From assembly GCA_000993205.1 (NCBI GenBank), contig LBVU01000001.1:74155-123412 (forward strand): DNA of 49,258 bases, written 5' to 3'. A program made the position numbers and the translations under genes. The notes below the pieces were generated by a model. That model ran no database searches and was not told the DNA's origin. It saw only the letters and a list, made by a program, of their open reading frames with translations. Below, piece after piece: positions 43,849 through 49,258 of this stretch (positions are counted from its first letter, which is position 1; each line of letters begins with the position of its first letter). Source of the DNA: Candidatus Woesebacteria bacterium GW2011_GWB1_39_10. Lineage in GTDB: Bacteria > Patescibacteriota > Microgenomatia > UBA8517.

Positions 43849-44811
43849 ATGATTGTAAAAGGAAAGGACCTTGTACGAGATTTTCCTGAAATTGGTGTTT
43901 TTGTTGATTCGATAGTGCGACGATCTACAGGTAATGTTGTTGGCATATGTTTTGTTAGGAAGCCATCAACTCCCAGTGGAAACTTTTTTCGGATCAGGGG
44001 AAGACTTACGGAGAAACAAATTTCGCAGCTTGCCCGCGCGCACAAATTGCCCACAACCGGAGCGCAAGGGTTAACTAAAATACAAAAAGGTCCCTGGACG
44101 GAGTATTCTACCCCAATTGGGCTTAACCAGGTCAACGTAGTTAATATTGTGTTTGCGGAGGACTACTGTCAAACAGTCTCGTCTTTCCTGATGAGGGTTC
44201 TCGATTGTGAATACGACCCTGTGCGGGTGTTTGTAAACGGTAAAGACATAGGCCCGTCTGTGGATTGGGAACGGCTGGGACGTGGAGACGTGGTTGTTGC
44301 AATGTCTGACGGAGACGCTCATTCGCAGGGAAGTTTACTCTCTTTTGAGAGCATGCCCACACTGGAAGTTTTTCAGGTGAATCTACGCGGTCCATATAGG
44401 CACGATTTGATGAGAGGTATTTCGCCCGGACAGGCTTGGATGAATGAGGAACTTTACAAAGTGTGGAAGCTTAGGGGGACTGATGAGATTATTTGTCCAC
44501 ATTGCGGTAAAGGAGACTGTTTAAATCACCGACTTTCCGGGGATGAAGAAATTTTTGTTCACCGCTGCCATGAGAACAGGAGTAAACACCTTTACGCGTT
44601 TCAAAGCACGGCCTTGATTGGACAAGATGCAACAGAAGTCCTAATTCCATTTGCGCCCGCCGTGCTTGGGAGGAAAGTCAGCAATGACGTTTGGCCGTCT
44701 GGGGTGCTAAAACTGACAATCGGAGACACCGACGCTACTCGTAGCACCTGTGCCTCTTCGATTGAGGCGCGCGATACGGTAAGTGTTTATCTTGCCAATC
44801 CTAAACTGTGA
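43849..44811 (+). CDS. hypothetical protein with a Cys/His cluster (CPHCGKGDCLNH...HRCH)
   Basis: 320-aa ORF, visibly more G+C-rich than its neighbours. No recognised domain. Confidence 0.6.
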   Translation: MIVKGKDLVRDFPEIGVFVDSIVRRSTGNVVGICFVRKPSTPSGNFFRIRGRLTEKQISQLARAHKLPTTGAQGLTKIQKGPWTEYSTPIGLNQVNVVNIVFAEDYCQTVSSFLMRVLDCEYDPVRVFVNGKDIGPSVDWERLGRGDVVVAMSDGDAHSQGSLLSFESMPTLEVFQVNLRGPYRHDLMRGISPGQAWMNEELYKVWKLRGTDEIICPHCGKGDCLNHRLSGDEEIFVHRCHENRSKHLYAFQSTALIGQDATEVLIPFAPAVLGRKVSNDVWPSGVLKLTIGDTDATRSTCASSIEARDTVSVYLANPKL

Positions 44812-44829
44812 AGATCAAAGGAGAATGAT

Positions 44830-45078
44830 ATGCGAAAGTATGATTACCTTGAAGTTTGGGGAGGTTCGGAACCGGATAGGCCCTTGGTTGTATCAGAGGT
44901 AGGGGGTGAGCCGGTGACGGGCAAGTGGGGCTATTTCCTTGAACAAAAAGGAAAAGAAGGTTGGGAGTTGGTTTCGTGTTCGGTGTTTCCGAACGATACA
45001 TTCGGAATTCTCGGTTGGTTGCGTTTTTACGCGGTTTTTAAACGAACCCTGTCTGAGTCTAACAGACACAACGTCTGA
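44830..45078 (+). CDS. small DUF4177-like protein
   Basis: MRKYDYLEVW...LEQKGKEGWELVSCS resembles DUF4177 (KYEYK...GWELV). The call is weak. Confidence 0.5.
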   Translation: MRKYDYLEVWGGSEPDRPLVVSEVGGEPVTGKWGYFLEQKGKEGWELVSCSVFPNDTFGILGWLRFYAVFKRTLSESNRHNV

Positions 45079-45084
45079 GTATAA

Positions 45085-45143
45085 GCGCCTGGAGGCATTG
45101 ATTTGTTTTATACAATCATTGTCCACCGGGCGCTATTTTTTTT
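45085..45143 (+). terminator. possible terminator (8-bp GCGCCTGG/CCGGGCGC stem, large loop, T8 run)
   Basis: The stem arms lie at 45085-45092 and 45126-45133 and the T-run at 45136-45143. The 33-nt loop weakens the call. Confidence 0.35.
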
Positions 45144-45151
45144 GGGAAAGA

Positions 45152-45180
45152 TTGACAAATGTATGGAGTATGTGTATTCT
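45152..45180 (+). promoter_or_regulatory. promoter TTGACA-17-TATTCT (leaderless geometry)
   Basis: The -10 ends 7 nt before the ATG at 45188. Confidence 0.5.
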
Positions 45181-45187
45181 CGGACTA

Positions 45188-45691
45188 ATGAGAGAGAGTC
45201 TTCGAAAAAAAGAGTTTACTCCAAGTTTGGATTTTATTGAAAAAATAGCTCTGGATGTTGTCACACGGGCCAACTTGGGTACGGATATTGGAATTGCCCA
45301 GCGGCTAAATTATTATGCAGGTTTACCCCAGGGTTCAAGAAGTGAATTTGAACTTACCAAATCAGTTTCTTCTGAAGATGCTATAGATATTGTTACACGG
45401 GATGGGGAAAAAATGAAAGTGGCTTTTACATTGGGTCCGGGAATAACTTCGGTGTATTTTGTAAACACAAATGCGGTGGAGGATGAGATGATATATAAAT
45501 CAAAGAAATACGTCGAAATAGGAAATTTTGATGAGTTGGCGGCAACGATAAATGGTTTTATACGTCTTGAGCCCAAAGAGGGGGAAATTATTGATACAAG
45601 TAAAAAGGCTTTGCAAGAAAGGATGCTGAGACATACCAACAAACCTCCCGTTGCTACAATTTTTTTGAACTCCGGTTTTAGAAAGAGATAA
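45188..45691 (+). CDS. hypothetical protein
   Basis: This is the internal ATG of track ORF 44939-45691. The upstream part of that ORF overlaps 44830-45078 and the promoter and terminator signals. Confidence 0.5.
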   Translation: MRESLRKKEFTPSLDFIEKIALDVVTRANLGTDIGIAQRLNYYAGLPQGSRSEFELTKSVSSEDAIDIVTRDGEKMKVAFTLGPGITSVYFVNTNAVEDEMIYKSKKYVEIGNFDELAATINGFIRLEPKEGEIIDTSKKALQERMLRHTNKPPVATIFLNSGFRKR

Positions 45692-45692
45692 A

Positions 45693-45720
45693 ATCTGATT
45701 TTGACTTTTGATTTTTCAAG
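45693..45720. repeat. heptamer array (tctgatt ttgactt ttgattt ttcaagt)
   Basis: The 7-nt period can be read directly in the intergenic spacer. Confidence 0.6.
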
Positions 45721-45735
45721 TAGTACTCTTCTGGT

Positions 45736-45933
45736 ATGAAAGGTGAAAGGATTCTTCACGCTGATGACATGCGTATAGCCCGTGAGGGTTTTTCCAGAGT
45801 TGTTGAGGCTTGGGGACAGGATGATGACCAGACACAATTATCGTTTCATTATCAGCTGATAGTGGAATTAAATGGGGAGACTTTAATCTTCTTAAAACAT
45901 TCTCCGGGCGGGAGCTTAAAGATTTTCTTTTGA
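45736..45933 (+). CDS. hypothetical protein
   Basis: 65-aa ORF. Confidence 0.4.
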   Translation: MKGERILHADDMRIAREGFSRVVEAWGQDDDQTQLSFHYQLIVELNGETLIFLKHSPGGSLKIFF

Positions 45934-46047
45934 GTCTTCAACATTAAACTTGTCGATTGGTGTTTGAGACGGTTAGGGGAATTTGACGGCTTTCGAATTT
46001 GTAGAATTTATTGATGTATGCCGTTGTTGGCAGTAAAATCCAGATAA

Positions 46048-46446
46048 ATGACCGAACGGGAAGCAAGAATAAGTATCCTTACCAGTACCAAGCAGGAAAT
46101 CGAAAGCCTGGGAACTTCATTTGAGAATTGGTTTGGTGATCAGGTGGCTTTAGTCGAGGCTATGAGTAAAGGGCAAATCTTCCAAAAAGTAGGAGACGAG
46201 TATTTGAAACTTTCAATTAACGATTTTTTGCCATATGTTGAGTCGCGGGGAAAAATAAGAGAGGGTGAAAAGTATGGAATTTTTGTGGTTCCGAGAAGTG
46301 AAGTTGAACACATCCTTAGGGAAAATGATGATATAAAAAAATGGGCTCTGAGGGTTATAAATCTGGGAATGATGACGCCGAATATGAATTTGTATTTCTG
46401 GGACGGTGAAGAATATTCAAAACTTGAGTATACGAGTGATATCTAA
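46048..46446 (+). CDS. hypothetical protein
   Basis: 132-aa ORF with no recognised motif. Confidence 0.5.
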   Translation: MTEREARISILTSTKQEIESLGTSFENWFGDQVALVEAMSKGQIFQKVGDEYLKLSINDFLPYVESRGKIREGEKYGIFVVPRSEVEHILRENDDIKKWALRVINLGMMTPNMNLYFWDGEEYSKLEYTSDI

Positions 46447-46475
46447 ATTGGCCATATGGTACAATCTTGCACATA

Positions 46476-46754
46476 ATGGTTGAGAATACAATTAGGGTAA
46501 CGGTCGATGAGGAACTCTCAAAAATTTCCGGAAAATCCCGGTTGGTTGCCGAATTGGTAGATGGCGGAAAAGTAAGCTGGAGGATGACTTTTAGCAGAGA
46601 AACAAGTCCTCTTCAAATCTCCGAAGCTATGAACGAAACCGGTTGCTTCATTAAATACGATGAAGATACCGGATTGTCTGAAGAAGATAGGAATGACATT
46701 GGGGATTCGTATATAGAGGCTTCTTACAATGTACCCGGACTGGGTGAGGAGTGA
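46476..46754 (+). CDS. hypothetical acidic protein
   Basis: The ATG at 46476 lies within track ORF 46467-46754. Confidence 0.45.
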   Translation: MVENTIRVTVDEELSKISGKSRLVAELVDGGKVSWRMTFSRETSPLQISEAMNETGCFIKYDEDTGLSEEDRNDIGDSYIEASYNVPGLGEE

Positions 46755-46767
46755 AGCTATGGAAGTA

Positions 46768-47340
46768 TTAAAAGGATTGAAGTCTCTTTTGATATTTGAG
46801 TTCGCCGCGATCTTTATAAACTACAGGAACAGCTAATTTTGCTTTTACGAGTTCCTCGTTAACCAATCTTCCTTTTTTACAGCCTTCAGGGTTATCTTTT
46901 AAACCAGTATTGCTTTCATTGTCACTTTTATACATATAGTCGGCAGGGAGGAACTTTGGGGATGATTCGCAGTCGATCCAAATCCAGGCTAAAACACGAC
47001 CGAACTTATCATCTTGGTAGCGGTCGTATTCTAAATATATTTTTTTATTTTTAACCATACTTGAAAGGGTGACCCCTGCAAGGTCGTAGTTCTTTTGGCC
47101 GCGGTCGGGGGAGTTTACTCCAAGCAAACGAACTTTGACACCGCCTTTAAGGGTAAAAGTATCGCCGTCTTCAATGGTTTCTACAACACCGGATGAGGGA
47201 AATAAACTTTTATAAGCATCATAATTTTTTATACCATTTATACCTTTCCAACCGAGCAGAGAGGCTAAAAGCAGGCCGGGGATAAGAACGCCTGGAATTT
47301 TCTTTTTAAAAAGGTCTTTGGCGGTTAACTTTTTTGCCAT
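46768..47340 (-). CDS. membrane-anchored or secreted thermonuclease (staphylococcal nuclease / SNase family)
   Basis: An N-terminal TM helix, then DGDTFTL...VRLLGVNSPD...FGRVLAWIW, the SNase core motifs. Confidence 0.8.
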   Translation of the reverse strand: MAKKLTAKDLFKKKIPGVLIPGLLLASLLGWKGINGIKNYDAYKSLFPSSGVVETIEDGDTFTLKGGVKVRLLGVNSPDRGQKNYDLAGVTLSSMVKNKKIYLEYDRYQDDKFGRVLAWIWIDCESSPKFLPADYMYKSDNESNTGLKDNPEGCKKGRLVNEELVKAKLAVPVVYKDRGELKYQKRLQSF

Positions 47341-47360
47341 TATTAATAATAATACTTTTT

Positions 47361-47400
47361 GGGGATTTTAGGGGGATTAGGGAGATTGGGGGAATATGGG
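47361..47400 (+). other. G-quadruplex-type motif (five G3-5 runs with 4-6-nt loops), also a 9-nt-period GGGGGAT array
   Basis: GGGGatttta GGGGGatta GGGagatt GGGGGaatat GGG, in the divergent region between the starts at 47340 (-) and 47449 (+). Confidence 0.6.
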
Positions 47401-47448
47401 AGATAAAAAAAATTTGATTTTTGCAGAGAGAGAGAGTACTATTTGAGC

Positions 47449-47862
47449 ATGGAAACACAAGAATTAGCCCAAAATCTCACTGGGTTATTTGAAAAGTGGA
47501 ACAGTGGGCAGGATTCTGTTGGTCAGGTAGGCGCATTAAATGGTGCTATTGAGTTTGCAGCCAAAAATGGTATTGAGTTGTCTTTGGTTATACCAAAAGG
47601 TTTATTGGATTCAAAAGCTGTGGTTAAACCCATTCTAAGAGGGGATGCGATTGAACACTCTTCAGGGACCGGTGATCGTACAGTTGTGTTTGACATTCCA
47701 TCCGAGGCTGGTATACACAAGATCGGAGTTAGTAAGAGGTTAAGCTTGAAAGCGGTTGATGGATATATGGGGTTAAAAAATCCAATTTTGCTTAAACATG
47801 AGACAAAAGGCGTAGTTGGGGTATTTATTCCTGGAGAGATAACTTCTTTAGGGGTTAAATAA
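47449..47862 (+). CDS. hypothetical protein
   Basis: The ATG at 47449 lies within track ORF 47443-47862. Confidence 0.5.
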   Translation: METQELAQNLTGLFEKWNSGQDSVGQVGALNGAIEFAAKNGIELSLVIPKGLLDSKAVVKPILRGDAIEHSSGTGDRTVVFDIPSEAGIHKIGVSKRLSLKAVDGYMGLKNPILLKHETKGVVGVFIPGEITSLGVK

Positions 47863-47890
47863 CTTCAGTTGGATTTAAAGGAATTTTTCC

Positions 47891-47936
47891 AAAAAATACC
47901 GCCTAAAGGTTTGAGAGCCTCCAGGCGGTTTGATTT
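47891..47936. terminator. bidirectional rho-independent terminator
   Basis: An ACCGCCT/AGGCGGT stem extended by AGGTT/AGCCT pairing. A run of 6 T follows on the minus strand and TTTGATTT on the plus strand. It lies between convergent genes. Confidence 0.7.
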
Positions 47937-47948
47937 ACGTGCTACTTT

Positions 47949-48332
47949 TTACTTTTTCCCGGTTTTGAACCAACTGAGCACCCAAAGGACACGATCCTTA
48001 AAAGTTTTAAGGTCTGGTAGATTCAAAAATTTGGGTCCTGGATTAAGGTCAACTGCCCCAAGCGCATCTTCGAGATGCTTGACGATGACCTGAACGTCTT
48101 TCCATTCACCCGAAACACGGATCTCGTAGGTATAGCCTGAGTTTGATACATAGCCGTCGTTTCTGGCTTTACCGTAGGCAGTTTTGAAACTATCACGAAT
48201 AAAAGGTCCGCGGTTTCCACCAACACCTTTTACATATTCGTAATAGCTTACAAGAGTTCTAGGTTTGAGTTCCCAGATTTTTACTTCTTCTCCGAGCTTA
48301 CCGTCTTCCGAGATTAACTTAATTGTAGTCAT
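47949..48332 (-). CDS. hypothetical protein with strong expression signals
   Basis: A canonical SD (AAGGAG 8 nt upstream of the ATG), an upstream TTGACA-17-TAGCAT promoter and a downstream terminator. No recognised motif. Confidence 0.7.
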   Translation of the reverse strand: MTTIKLISEDGKLGEEVKIWELKPRTLVSYYEYVKGVGGNRGPFIRDSFKTAYGKARNDGYVSNSGYTYEIRVSGEWKDVQVIVKHLEDALGAVDLNPGPKFLNLPDLKTFKDRVLWVLSWFKTGKK

Positions 48333-48413
48333 GTTAATGATCTCCTTTTCTTCTTCCTGTGTCTAGCTGTCTAGGCATCAGTGAGTAGGTGACTGCCAAA
48401 TTGCAATCGTGGT

Positions 48414-48442
48414 ATGCTAGCACAAATTGAGGCAAATGTCAA
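48414..48442 (-). promoter_or_regulatory. sigma70-type promoter TTGACA-17-TAGCAT (minus strand)
   Basis: The plus strand reads atgcta...tgtcaa. This gives a ~75-nt leader for 47949-48332. Confidence 0.6.
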
Positions 48443-48502
48443 GATTATGGGGTATTCCTGAATTGGGAAATTTGGGGGATTTGAAATATTGGGGAGGGGT
48501 CA

Positions 48503-48532
48503 TTGACGGGAGCACATAACCTGCTATATAAT
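48503..48532 (+). promoter_or_regulatory. promoter TTGACG-18-TATAAT
   Basis: The hexamers lie at 48503-48508 and 48527-48532. Confidence 0.55.
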
Positions 48533-48538
48533 ACCTCT

Positions 48539-48612
48539 AGCACGATGAGAACTTAAGCTTTCAGAGGCCAAAGGGCCACGGTTAGTCTAAAACCGCCTCT
48601 GGGCGGTTTTTT
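48539..48612 (+). ncRNA. candidate ~74-nt small RNA (promoter-to-terminator unit with no ORF)
   Basis: It is bounded by the promoter above and by an ACCGCC-TCTG-GGCGGT hairpin plus a run of 6 T at 48592-48612. The only ATG gives a 3-codon ORF. There is an internal GGCC-AAAG-GGCC hairpin. Confidence 0.4.
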
Positions 48613-48665
48613 GATTCTCACGGCAGAGGTTAACTTCCCTTCAGGGTAAAAACTTCACGATCGTT

Positions 48666-48760
48666 AAAAGTTACAAGCAACAGGTTACAAGTAAAGAAAA
48701 AGCAAAGTTTGTTTAATTAGATTTTCTGCCTACTTGTCGCTTGTTTCTTGTTACTTTTGG
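48666..48760 (+). other. long imperfect inverted repeat (~30-nt arms) in the 16S upstream leader, built of ACAAG-type heptamers
   Basis: aaaagttacaagcaacaggttacaagtaaag pairs with cctacttgtcgcttgtttcttgttactttt, at about 24-26 of 30 positions including G-U. Confidence 0.55.
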
Positions 48761-48932
48761 TCAAGTACCTTAACACTCGAAGATTTTACACTAAAAAATT
48801 TCTTATTTTTCAGTGTAAGGGTTAATCAAAATTGTCCCTCAATCTCTGTGCGAAATTGATGGGACGACCAGTCCTTAGCAGGCTGGAATGAAAGCATATT
48901 GGTATTCAATATGTGATCGGGAAATCAGGATT

Positions 48933-48981
48933 TGGCTTTTAGCTATTAGCTTTTCGCTATTAACTATTAGCTACTATTTGA
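48933..48981 (+). repeat. heptamer array (tggcttt tagctat tagcttt tcgctat taactat tagctac tatttga) running into the 16S 5' end
   Basis: The 7-nt period can be read directly. Confidence 0.7.
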
Positions 48982-49258
48982 GGGTTTGATCCTGGCCCAG
49001 GATTAACGCTGGCGGCATGCCTTATGCATGCAAGTAGAACGAGCTCCGCAAGGAGCTAGTTGCGAACGGCTGAGTAATGGATAGGAATCTCCCTTTTGGC
49101 GCGGAATACCTCATCGAAAGATGAGCTAATACCACATAAGACCGTAAGGTGAAAGCACTTAACTGTGCACCGAAAGATGAGCCTATCTCCCATCAGGCTG
49201 TTGGTAGGGTAATGGCCTACCAAACCTATGACGGGTACCCGCCCTGAGAGGGGAAACG
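48974..49258 (+). rRNA. rrs: 16S rRNA gene, 5' ~285 nt (continues beyond the window)
   Basis: agggtttgatcctggcccaggattaacgctggcggcatgcc...gcaagt aligns to the universal 16S 5' end (E. coli positions ~1-60). The exact 5' end is uncertain by about 8 nt. Confidence 0.9.

Noticed and set aside
47869-48093. 74-aa plus-strand ORF
   Set aside because: It spans the bidirectional terminator and runs antisense into the well-supported minus-strand gene 47949-48332. Its product is basic and low-complexity.

Overview
This is a 49.3-kb window of a low-GC, gene-dense bacterial chromosome. I infer a Candidate Phyla Radiation / Patescibacteria-type genome. The grounds are a divergent 16S 5' end, CPR-style type IV pilins, many small ORFans, and GIY-YIG genes interleaved with tRNAs. 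No database search was possible.

Content from left to right:
1. A PIN-toxin fragment and an NAD(P) malic enzyme.
2. A roughly 15-kb copper/metal-homeostasis island (2810-17961). It holds two P1B CopA-type ATPases, three small HMA proteins, two divergent permease-cupredoxin fusion paralogs and a stand-alone cupredoxin. It also holds a DUF2933-like Met/His peptide, a DUF1573-CcdA-Cys-rich exported trio, an OmpR-type two-component system, a frameshifted Bro-N gene and a truncated four-helix-bundle gene.
3. A TrpR/YerC-like regulator flanked by two copies of a 26-bp palindrome.
4. A redox cluster of trxA, a Pro-rich ORF, trxB and a DsbA-like protein.
5. An HD hydrolase.
6. A type IV pilus operon with pilB, pilC, four pseudopilin-like genes (one carrying an LVIVD beta-propeller) and a major pilin.
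7. A Cys-rich secreted protein, a SpoU methyltransferase, an RRM protein and a P2-type cation ATPase.
8. tRNA-Glu, tRNA-Lys and tRNA-Gln interleaved with two GIY-YIG genes and REP-like repeats.
9. A DEAD-box helicase, a ParD/RelE-like toxin-antitoxin pair, a SAM methyltransferase and a DUF2207 protein.
10. A roughly 5-kb run of small ORFans containing a tandem paralog pair.
11. A secreted SNase-type nuclease.
12. A candidate promoter-to-terminator small RNA and the first ~285 nt of a 16S rRNA gene.

Most notable non-gene signals:
- A 17-bp direct-repeat box (TCTTCA-N5-TCTTAA) sits exactly 24 nt upstream of three ATGs in the metal island. It is a plausible response-regulator regulon with leaderless transcripts.
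- Degenerate 7-9-nt-period tandem arrays fill intergenic spacers, often as two inverted halves. They also lie in frame inside unrelated genes and encode prepilin leader peptides.
- A G-run motif and a G-quadruplex-type sequence occur in three divergent promoter regions.

All functional calls rest on motifs read by eye in the supplied translations.
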